Of a stretch of DNA of 64,000 nt, positions 56,372 to 64,000 are shown piece by piece. Source of the DNA: an uncultured Bacteroidia bacterium (GTDB lineage Bacteria > Bacteroidota > Bacteroidia > Bacteroidales > CAJPTX01); contig CAUUCP010000002.1 of assembly GCA_963543925.1 (NCBI GenBank), positions 9,485 to 73,484 on the forward strand, in the 5' to 3' direction. A program made the position numbers and the translations under genes. The notes below the pieces were generated by a model. The model ran no database searches and was not told where the DNA came from. It was given only the letters and a program-made list of their open reading frames with translations. Position 1 is the stretch's first letter; every line of letters begins with the position of its first letter.

Positions 56372-58165
56372 CTAGGGTTTGAAACGTATCGTTTTATTGA
56401 CTATAACGGGGGGATAAATGTCTCGAGGGAATTTCATTTTTATCTTAACTCTCAAAAGACGTTCGGTAGCTCCTGGTCTTGGTGCTCCTAACACTTCTTG
56501 AAGCTTTGTAACATCGGTGACTTGTAGCGTCATAAACCTATTAGAGAGGCGATCCTTTTCTTGCACCAATTCAAGCTTTAAGAAATTGTCATACCCATCA
56601 AGAAGCGAATAGCCGATATGGAGATTGCTAATTACATCAAGAAAGTTGGCGCCATCGGTAATTCGCATATCTCTAGGATTCGGCAATAGGAAATTGATCA
56701 TCTGTCCTTGGGAGACATCGTATATCCGATCTTTTTCACTTTCATGGAGAAAGAGTTCCAAATTATCGGCACTCAACATTTTCATATTATCAGGAACAGA
56801 GAAGATAATACTATCCAAAGAGGTAGCGAGTTTGGGGCTAGAATAGAAGATACAAATCTTTCCTTTCGGGAAGACAAAATCAGGTGTCAAGCAGAATGTA
56901 GAATCCAAGACTACTCCCATAACATCGTGGACTTCATACCGTTCGTCGGACTTATATAACATATTTCTGAAATGATGCACCTTGATATAATCGGAAAGTC
57001 TCCTTGTATCCCCTTCATTGTTTATGATTTCCATCCTCTGAATCTGCATTGTATCCCTTCCCTTTGTAACCAGAGGGACACGCCAACGGATCAGATTCGT
57101 GAAACCAAATTGTCCCTCCACAGGGAACTTATAAGCCTTCATATAAAGGTGCTCTATCGGCCATGGCCATTGGAGACTGTACTCTCCGACCCGTTGTACA
57201 GGTCTTGGCTTTACTACCACATCTTCTGGTTTGTGCAGTGTCTCGATGGTTCCTTCCTTTGTAATGTTAGCTACAACTTTTTCTGGCTCAGCACGGTCTC
57301 GGAATTGGAAGGTACTCCCCACCTCGCACTTGTCGATAGTAAAATAGGTTTCTTTTTCTCCGACTTGAAAAAGCTTGTGCTGTGGAAGCGTCGAGGGCTC
57401 TTCCTCGCGGAAATGGTTACGCGTCATGACCGCAAAACCTCCACGTGGGCGACGCGTCTCCCCTTCAGGATCGATAAAGACGTTGACATTCCCACCGCCT
57501 ATCGTAAAGCGATCTGTAAGTTGGTAGCCAGATTCCTCTGCACGCATTGAACGACGGAAAGAGCGTACCGCAAACCCTCCACGTGGGCGACGCGTCTCCT
57601 CGGTCACTGGGACATTGATCGTTACCGCATCTTCATAAACCGAAAAGAGGGGGGCACCCTCGCTATTTTGCACCTGAAAGATCGACTCGCCAGCTTCCTT
57701 TCCCTTTTTCGTTCCCTTGACTAAAGAAACGGTATTGGCATAAAGAGCGTAGGGCACGGCTTGCATCAGGACAGGAGACCCCAACGAAACAAAGCTCCCA
57801 CTCCCTTCGATATCCACTTCGGCAGCAACACGAAGACCTTTTTCCCATGGCACAGCCTCCATACTTCCTTGCTGCACGCTCCCCTGCCCGGCGCCCACCG
57901 TTACGTTCACAAGCCCAGCCTTGGTCGTCTTGGCAGAGATTTGTTCGGAGTAAAGTACCTGCCCTGCTGGGTCTTGAAGCTTTACCAAGAGCTTCACTGT
58001 CTTTTCTGCAACGGGTTTTCCTTCTTGATAGATCAAGGCTGTGTAGTTGAATGCTGTCGGTAGCGTAGCTGCGGAGAGCTGATCATCCACCACATCCCCA
58101 CCTGTCTCCTGCGCATGGAGTAAACAAGAAACCGATAGCATCAGGAGCAAAAATAGATACTTCAT
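56372..58165 (-). CDS. secreted hypothetical protein, tandem paralog B
   Basis: 597 aa with signal peptide MKYLFLLLMLSVSCLLHAQ. See paralog A. Confidence 0.7.
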   Translation of the reverse strand: MKYLFLLLMLSVSCLLHAQETGGDVVDDQLSAATLPTAFNYTALIYQEGKPVAEKTVKLLVKLQDPAGQVLYSEQISAKTTKAGLVNVTVGAGQGSVQQGSMEAVPWEKGLRVAAEVDIEGSGSFVSLGSPVLMQAVPYALYANTVSLVKGTKKGKEAGESIFQVQNSEGAPLFSVYEDAVTINVPVTEETRRPRGGFAVRSFRRSMRAEESGYQLTDRFTIGGGNVNVFIDPEGETRRPRGGFAVMTRNHFREEEPSTLPQHKLFQVGEKETYFTIDKCEVGSTFQFRDRAEPEKVVANITKEGTIETLHKPEDVVVKPRPVQRVGEYSLQWPWPIEHLYMKAYKFPVEGQFGFTNLIRWRVPLVTKGRDTMQIQRMEIINNEGDTRRLSDYIKVHHFRNMLYKSDERYEVHDVMGVVLDSTFCLTPDFVFPKGKICIFYSSPKLATSLDSIIFSVPDNMKMLSADNLELFLHESEKDRIYDVSQGQMINFLLPNPRDMRITDGANFLDVISNLHIGYSLLDGYDNFLKLELVQEKDRLSNRFMTLQVTDVTKLQEVLGAPRPGATERLLRVKIKMKFPRDIYPPVIVNKTIRFKP

Positions 58166-58464
58166 GGGTGTATTAGTCTTTCTTATTTGTACGAAGATAC
58201 AACATTTTACCTATTCATTCCATCGGCAAGAAGACCTCCGCTGCTTATTTAGCGATATATATAAGGAAGAGCATATTATATACGCTCCTTTATCATATTC
58301 ACAGAATATTCCCAACGTTTTTACTATGGTTCTCACATCTCTTGGCGAATGCTCCTACGAAAGATGTGAGGTAAAACAAGCGCAAGAGCGGGAAATCCGA
58401 ACGAGTTCCCCACTAGCGTTCTACGAAGCTCCCGTAAAGCATCTTCGTGGAGACACTTTCCTTC

Positions 58465-58506
58465 AAAAACCAAGAACGCTACCACGTACGACGTAGTAGC
58501 GTTCTT
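58465..58506 (-). terminator. terminator of the rnf operon
   Basis: On the minus strand: AAGAACGCTAC-loop-GTAGCGTTCTT followed by GGTTTTT. Confidence 0.7.
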
Positions 58507-58533
58507 GTCAAAAGAGAAAATCACAGGATCTGG

Positions 58534-59106
58534 TTAGACTACGCCAGAGAACCCCATGAAGGCTAATGCCAACATTCCAGCAGTGAGGAGGGCGATCGGC
58601 ATCCCCTTCATTGCTTTTGGAACGTTTCTTAGATTTAACGATTCTCGTAAACCCGCCAAAAGGATCAGTGCTAAACCGAACCCCAATGCGCCCGCTATCG
58701 CATATACGATACTCTCGAGGAGATTATAATCCTTCATAATCACCAAGATCGCGACCCCGAGTACGGCACAGTTAGTAGTAATCAATGGCAAGAAGATCCC
58801 CAATGCGGCATAAAGTCCAGGACTTAACTTTTTGAGAATAATCTCGACACACTGTACTAGCGCCGCAATGACCAAGATGAAAGAAACCGTTTGTAGGAAC
58901 TCTACATTTAGTGGCACCAGCACAAACTTCTGCAAGACCCAGGTAAATATGGTAGCAAGCGCCATGACAAAGAGCACCGCACCCGCCATCCCGACACTGG
59001 TATCAATTTTCTTGGAGACACCGAGGAATGGACAAATTCCCAAGAACTGCGCGAGGACAATGTTATTCACAAAGACCCCCGCAATAATCATCAATACGTA
59101 GCTCAT
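58534..59106 (-). CDS. rnfA: Rnf electron transport complex subunit A
   Basis: 190 aa and polytopic, with canonical RnfA/RsxA sequence (NNIVLAQFLGICPFLGVS...). Confidence 0.9.
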   Translation of the reverse strand: MSYVLMIIAGVFVNNIVLAQFLGICPFLGVSKKIDTSVGMAGAVLFVMALATIFTWVLQKFVLVPLNVEFLQTVSFILVIAALVQCVEIILKKLSPGLYAALGIFLPLITTNCAVLGVAILVIMKDYNLLESIVYAIAGALGFGLALILLAGLRESLNLRNVPKAMKGMPIALLTAGMLALAFMGFSGVV

Positions 59107-59114
59107 GAACGTTC

Positions 59115-59711
59115 CTATTTTTTAACGAAACGGTTAAACAAGAGCATCAGGTATGCGAGCACTAAGAAGGCACCTGGTGCTAATACAAAGAGCAGTGGTC
59201 CGAAGGTCTGTGGATAGAGCGGGAAACCGAACACCGCCCCAGAGCCTAGGAACTCTCTGACGGCACCGATCACCACCAAGGAGACGGTGAATCCGAGTCC
59301 GATCCCAATACCGTCGAACATGGAACGGATGACATTGTTCTTTGCAGCAAAAGCCTCGGCACGTCCAAGGATGATACAGTTCACGACGATGAGTGGTATA
59401 TATACCCCGAGGCTCTTGTAGAGCGCAGGCACGTAGGCCTCCATGGTCATCTGTACGATGGTAACAAATGTAGCGATGACGACGATAAAAGAAGGTATAC
59501 GCACCTTGTCAGGTATCAGGTTTTTAATGGCAGCGATAACCATATTCGCTCCAATCAATACGAATGCTGTTGCGAGCCCCATGCCTAGTGCGTTGGCCGC
59601 CGAGGTGGTTGTCCCCAGTGTCGGACACATCCCCAAGACGAGCACGAAGGTTGGGTTTTCCCGGACGAGCCCGTTGAGGATAATCCCAAAGTTCGACTTA
59701 TTACTACTCAT
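59115..59711 (-). CDS. rnfE: Rnf complex subunit E
   Basis: 198 aa. Motifs NPTFVLVLGMCPTLGTTT and IPLIVVNCIILGRAEAFA. Confidence 0.9.
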   Translation of the reverse strand: MSSNKSNFGIILNGLVRENPTFVLVLGMCPTLGTTTSAANALGMGLATAFVLIGANMVIAAIKNLIPDKVRIPSFIVVIATFVTIVQMTMEAYVPALYKSLGVYIPLIVVNCIILGRAEAFAAKNNVIRSMFDGIGIGLGFTVSLVVIGAVREFLGSGAVFGFPLYPQTFGPLLFVLAPGAFLVLAYLMLLFNRFVKK

Positions 59712-60420
59712 TGCTCACTTCCTCCTGCACCTTGTTATCGTTGGACGGAGTTGCCCCCGTGTAATCTATGGCACCTCTAAAACCAGCATAGGCGAGATTT
59801 ACGGCGTCGAGGAAAGCACGCGAGCTAATGGTAGCGGCGGTGATCGCATCGATAGTACCTCCGCTCTTTGATACGCTCAATCCTTGTTCACCAGGGCAAA
59901 TCCCATAGACGTTGCTATTCTTTTCAGGTGCTTTAATTTCGAATCCGAAGATTCGCTCCAGTAGACTCTTTACGGGTGCTACAGGAGGCTTGAACCAACT
60001 TACCATTCGGTCTCCGAGTCCTGGGGTCTCTGCATGTTCCAAGACGGAATATCCAGAGATTTTCCCTTCCTTATCAAATCCGACCATAATGGATATTTTT
60101 CCTCCGAATCCTTTTGGAGAAAAGGACTCGACGGCAGTTCCCACCATCTGTCCTGCTTTTTTTGCAGGATACATGATGAGTCGACAGGTATCCATTTTGT
60201 TATCAATCTTTCGAATGACCTCTTGTACAAACTTCTCGGTTGCAGGGTCATTGTCGAAGTCTGGCAGCACCTCCTTCAATGCAGCGAGCACCTTTTCGCT
60301 CTTAGACTTAGCGATCGGTTCTTGGGTGAGAATGCTCATTCCTCCGAGCCCTGCAGCAGATAGACATGTGATCACCACGAGGGTGAGGATCAGATTTTTC
60401 AACGTAGAGGGTTTTGCCAT
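59704..60420 (-). CDS. rnfG: Rnf complex subunit G (FMN-binding)
   Basis: 238 aa with an N-terminal TM helix. It has an FMN-attachment-type motif DAITAATISSRA. Its position is between rnfD and rnfE. Confidence 0.8.
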   Translation of the reverse strand: MAKPSTLKNLILTLVVITCLSAAGLGGMSILTQEPIAKSKSEKVLAALKEVLPDFDNDPATEKFVQEVIRKIDNKMDTCRLIMYPAKKAGQMVGTAVESFSPKGFGGKISIMVGFDKEGKISGYSVLEHAETPGLGDRMVSWFKPPVAPVKSLLERIFGFEIKAPEKNSNVYGICPGEQGLSVSKSGGTIDAITAATISSRAFLDAVNLAYAGFRGAIDYTGATPSNDNKVQEEVSNE

Positions 60421-60421
60421 C

Positions 60422-61411
60422 TTACTTTCCTCCTTTCTTGTGACCGAACTTACGCGGCTTCATGTAACGATCGATGAGCGGAACAAAGGCATTCATAATG
60501 AGAATGGCGAAAGAGACTCCCTCGGGATACGCCCCCCAGGTACGAATCACCACGGTCAGAAGACCAATCCCGCACCCGAAGACCAACATTCCCTTTTTTG
60601 ACATAGGCGATGTGACGTAGTCGGTAGCCATAAATATAGCGCCGAGCATCAAACCACCGACACAGAGCTCTACGAGTGGGTTGACAAACTTCGTGGGATC
60701 TACCAAGAAGAAGATTCCCGAGAGGAGGAATACGCTGGCAAAGATCGCCACGGGTATGTGCCAAGATATGACACGACGAATGAGCAGGTAGGCGAAGCCG
60801 AGTAGGAGTGCAATAGCAGAGACTTCCCCTAGCGATCCGCCGATAGCCCCGAAGAGCATGTCCATGAGATTAGGCATTCCTTGCAAGGCACCCCCTCCTT
60901 TGACAGCGGCCTTCATGATGCTCAGGGGGGTAGCTCCTGTGACCGCATCGAGATACGCCAAACGGGAGGCGATGGGTACTGGCCATGTAGTCATTTGTAC
61001 AGGGAAGGATACTAGCAAGAAGGCTCGCGCGAAGAGTGCTGGGTTAAAGAGGTTGTTTCCCAATCCTCCGAAACTGATCTTCCCGACCCCGATGGCCATA
61101 ATAGCCCCGATGAGCACAATCCACCAAGAGAGGTTTGAGGGGACGTTCATTGCCAAAAGCAATCCAGTTACAATGGCCGATCCGTCGGAGATGGTTGGTG
61201 TATGCTTCAACACGAAGCGCTGTAGGAGATACTCGACCCCCACACAGCTGACCACGGAGATGAGGGTCACAATCAGCGCCCCAAGACCGAAGAACCACAA
61301 ACCGACCAACCATGCCGGTAGGAGTGCGATCACCACATCCAGCATTAGGCGGCGTGTTTGGAACGCACCGTGCAGATGTGGCGAGGGAGATATAGTTAAT
61401 GTATTACTCAT
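60422..61411 (-). CDS. rnfD: Rnf complex subunit D
   Basis: 329 aa and polytopic. The start SPSPHLH... is typical of RnfD/NqrB. Confidence 0.85.
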   Translation of the reverse strand: MSNTLTISPSPHLHGAFQTRRLMLDVVIALLPAWLVGLWFFGLGALIVTLISVVSCVGVEYLLQRFVLKHTPTISDGSAIVTGLLLAMNVPSNLSWWIVLIGAIMAIGVGKISFGGLGNNLFNPALFARAFLLVSFPVQMTTWPVPIASRLAYLDAVTGATPLSIMKAAVKGGGALQGMPNLMDMLFGAIGGSLGEVSAIALLLGFAYLLIRRVISWHIPVAIFASVFLLSGIFFLVDPTKFVNPLVELCVGGLMLGAIFMATDYVTSPMSKKGMLVFGCGIGLLTVVIRTWGAYPEGVSFAILIMNAFVPLIDRYMKPRKFGHKKGGK

Positions 61412-61446
61412 TTGTTGATACTCTCTTTTTCAAATCTTACGCTGAC

Positions 61447-62787
61447 TTATTTCTTTGCGTTTCTCGCCCTGATCATCGCCCCCGTCATTCCCTTCCCAAG
61501 ACGGATAAAGTCTAACAATGGGAGATTTGCAGGACAGGTAAAGCTACAACATCCGCACTCGATACACGACATGATGTCCTCTTGTTCCATCCATTCGGTA
61601 TCACTCCCCTGCCCTAACTTATAGAGCAACCAGGGTTCGAGCCCCATTGGACACCCCGAGGCACACTTAGCACAACGGATACAGGTTGCAGGTTCTTTTC
61701 TCTCGGCCAACTTAGTTGGTAACACCAATACCCCCGAGGTACCCTTGGTGACGGGCGCATCAATATTCTTGAGCGCCTTCCCCATCATAGGACCTCCACT
61801 GATCACCTTTCCTGTATCTTCTGGCAAGCCGCCTGCCGCTTCTAGAAGCTGCGAGATGGGGGTACCGACACGGACTAGGAAATTTCCTGGCTTTGAAAGA
61901 CTGGGTCCTGTTACTGTAACCACACGCTCAAACAAAGGCTTATTCTTCTGTACTGCTTCGTAGACCGCATAGGCGGTTCCAACATTTTGCACGACAGCTC
62001 CCACGGCGATTGGTAGACCTCCTGCTGGGACTTCTCTTCCAGTAACGGCCTCGATGAGCTGTTTTTCTCCCCCTTGCGGATACTTGACGACCAAGGGTTG
62101 CACCTCAATTCCGGGGAAATTCTTTGCCTTCTCGTTCAAGAGGTTGATGGCATCCATCTTGTTTCGCTCGATCCCGATCACGGTCTTAGGATTTCCTAGC
62201 GCTCTTCGCAGGATGGAGATCCCCACCAAGAGTTCTTCAGGTTTTTCAAGCATCAGACGATGGTCGGATGTCAAGAATGGCTCACACTCGACGCCATTGA
62301 TAATCAAGAACTCGGCCTTCTTATCTGGAGGCACAGAGAGCTTTACGTGTGCTGGAAAAGTCGCCCCTCCCATACCGACAATGCCCGCCTTTGCGATCCG
62401 ATCGATAATTTCCTTAGGTTCTAGCTCACACTCCCGCACGAGTGTGGTTGAGCGATCGATCTCGGGCATCCATTCATCACCTTCGACCGTGATGTAAATC
62501 GCAGGCTTCGGGTAACCGGACGCGTCGACGATCTTATCGATCTTGGATACAGTGCCACTCACCGAAGAGTGAAGCTGCGCCGACATAAATGCGGACGCCT
62601 TGGCAATAGGCTGCCCCACCAGGACCTTATCCCCCTTGGCGACTAACACCTCAGACGGAGCTCCCAACTGTTGAGAAGCCATAAAGACCATCTCCGCAGC
62701 GACCGGGAAGGTTTCTATAGATTTACCACTGGTGAGCTTACCTTCAGGCGGATGCACGCCGCCCATACTAAATGTCTTAAAATTCAT
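61447..62787 (-). CDS. rnfC: Rnf complex subunit C
   Basis: 446 aa. It carries two 4Fe-4S motifs, CIRCAKCASGCP and CIECGCCSFTCP, and a GGATFP nucleotide-binding region. Confidence 0.9.
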   Translation of the reverse strand: MNFKTFSMGGVHPPEGKLTSGKSIETFPVAAEMVFMASQQLGAPSEVLVAKGDKVLVGQPIAKASAFMSAQLHSSVSGTVSKIDKIVDASGYPKPAIYITVEGDEWMPEIDRSTTLVRECELEPKEIIDRIAKAGIVGMGGATFPAHVKLSVPPDKKAEFLIINGVECEPFLTSDHRLMLEKPEELLVGISILRRALGNPKTVIGIERNKMDAINLLNEKAKNFPGIEVQPLVVKYPQGGEKQLIEAVTGREVPAGGLPIAVGAVVQNVGTAYAVYEAVQKNKPLFERVVTVTGPSLSKPGNFLVRVGTPISQLLEAAGGLPEDTGKVISGGPMMGKALKNIDAPVTKGTSGVLVLPTKLAERKEPATCIRCAKCASGCPMGLEPWLLYKLGQGSDTEWMEQEDIMSCIECGCCSFTCPANLPLLDFIRLGKGMTGAMIRARNAKK

Positions 62788-62829
62788 GAGCTCTTATTTC
62801 CTCTATATTACCTCGTTAGACCACCAATC

Positions 62830-63786
62830 TTAAGCATTTGTTTCTTTCACAGGAGTTGCCTCAGTAGGCTGTGTAGCCTCTTTTGTAGCAACCTCGTTCG
62901 CAGGTGCAGGAGTCGCAGCAACCGTAGCAGTTGTTTCATTCTTTGGTTCGCTCTTTACGACTCTAGGGGGGAAGTTTACCTCCCATATAGCGCCCGTTGG
63001 GCAGACAGCGACGCACTTGCGACACAGCTTACACTTGGTAAAGTCAATATAAGCCAAGTTATTTTCCACGACGATAGCGCCGAAAGGACACTCTTTTTGA
63101 CACCGGGCACAGCCAATACATGCTACGCCACAGGCTTTTTTAGCCACTCCCCCTTTTTCCTGATTGATACAAGATACGAATACACGACGATCCTTGACAT
63201 TCTTCTTTCTGAGCTCCAGCACGTGCTTAGGGCAAATCTTGACACAAGCACCACAGGCGGTACATTTGTCTTGATCTACCACGGGTAGCTTCCTTTGGTT
63301 GTCGATATGAATTGCGTCGAAGTTACAAACCGTTTCACAGTCACCCAACCCAAGGCATCCCCAAGAACAGCCAGTGTCTCCGTTGAAGAGGTTATTCGCC
63401 ACACGACAGGATACCGCACCGTCATACTTAGCCACCGCGGGTCTATGTTGTGGTGTTCCAGCACATCGCACCACAGCGATCATTGGGTCTTTTGCCTCTA
63501 CGGTACGCCCCATGACAGCGGCGACTTTCTCCATGACGGGATTCCCCCCTACAGGACAAAAGAAACGCCCGAGATCTCCCGCTTCAGCCTTGACATAAGC
63601 ATCAGCAAACCCACGACACCCTGGAAACCCACATCCTCCGCAATTCGCGCCTGGGAGTGTAGACTCGACCTCGTCGATACGTGGGTCTTCCTCCACCTTA
63701 AATCGTTGCGAGACGATGTACAACAACACGGCCGCCACAAGCCCAATGCCTACCAAGACGGCAAGCGTCATCACTATTGTATTCAT
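62830..63786 (-). CDS. rnfB: Rnf complex subunit B (polyferredoxin)
   Basis: 318 aa with an N-terminal TM helix. Motifs include LPGANCGGCGFPGCRGFA and several CxxCxxCxxxCP clusters. Confidence 0.9.
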   Translation of the reverse strand: MNTIVMTLAVLVGIGLVAAVLLYIVSQRFKVEEDPRIDEVESTLPGANCGGCGFPGCRGFADAYVKAEAGDLGRFFCPVGGNPVMEKVAAVMGRTVEAKDPMIAVVRCAGTPQHRPAVAKYDGAVSCRVANNLFNGDTGCSWGCLGLGDCETVCNFDAIHIDNQRKLPVVDQDKCTACGACVKICPKHVLELRKKNVKDRRVFVSCINQEKGGVAKKACGVACIGCARCQKECPFGAIVVENNLAYIDFTKCKLCRKCVAVCPTGAIWEVNFPPRVVKSEPKNETTATVAATPAPANEVATKEATQPTEATPVKETNA

Positions 63787-63788
63787 GT

Positions 63789-64000
63789 TTACTCCAATTT
63801 CCTCTCCGAAGATATTGTAAAAGAAAAACGCCGCGAGACGCGACTACGCAATAGATACAACACAACGTAATACATGGCGACTATCCCCAACATGGAGAGC
63901 GCCATAATCCCCTCAGTAGCTCCGAGACCATAGCTCAGGATCAAAGCGAGGAGTAGAAGCAAGAATGGGAGAACGTACCCCAAGAAGATAGCGAAATATC
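63789..64000 (-). CDS. small membrane protein, partial (continues beyond window end); RseC/MucC-like position upstream of rnfB (tentative)
   Basis: The frame stays open to position 64000; the track's M at 63983 is a TTG. Two hydrophobic helices are present. The family call rests on operon position only. Confidence 0.4.
   Translation of the reverse strand, partial: YFAIFLGYVLPFLLLLLALILSYGLGATEGIMALSMLGIVAMYYVVLYLLRSRVSRRFSFTISSERKLE

Overview
This 64-kb chromosomal window comes from a Bacteroidales bacterium. I infer it is Porphyromonas-like from its RagA/RagB-type SusC/SusD pairs, T9SS C-terminal sorting domains, TAnnTTTG -7 promoter boxes about 20-35 nt upstream of start codons, and an rnfBCDGEA operon; no search was run. 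Housekeeping genes (rodA, ribE, hutI, glsA, rlmN, rny, zapA, ftsY, rimO, rnf, tRNA-Ser) alternate with accessory surface and defence content. The accessory content includes three SusC/SusD loci, a 1911-aa T9SS adhesin (DUF285-type LRR plus Big_2 repeats), and a T9SS S8 protease. It also includes an AbiL-like ATPase+RloB pair, a DUF1016 nuclease islet next to tRNA-Ser, a GT2/GT-C/PAP2 envelope-modification cluster, and an Hpt-STAS pair. Four things look most worth follow-up. (1) Two rag-like susCD loci are arranged head-to-head. One susC has exactly lost its promoter, signal peptide and N-terminal region but is otherwise intact, and it shares inverted near-identical coding blocks with the expressed copy, which suggests a cassette-switching (shufflon-like) antigenic variation locus. 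(2) Three mosaic paralogs of an AAA-ATPase/PD-(D/E)XK gene share perfectly identical tracts of about 0.86-0.88 kb. They are arranged in tandem and as a 43-kb-spaced inverted pair, and a conserved flanking element also occurs as solo copies at two susC promoters. (3) Two tandem secreted paralogs have near-identical N-terminal halves and divergent C-terminal modules of unknown fold. (4) The AbiL-like and DUF1016 islets have low GC. No CRISPR array, transposase, integrase or rRNA was seen. All family names come from reading motifs by eye.
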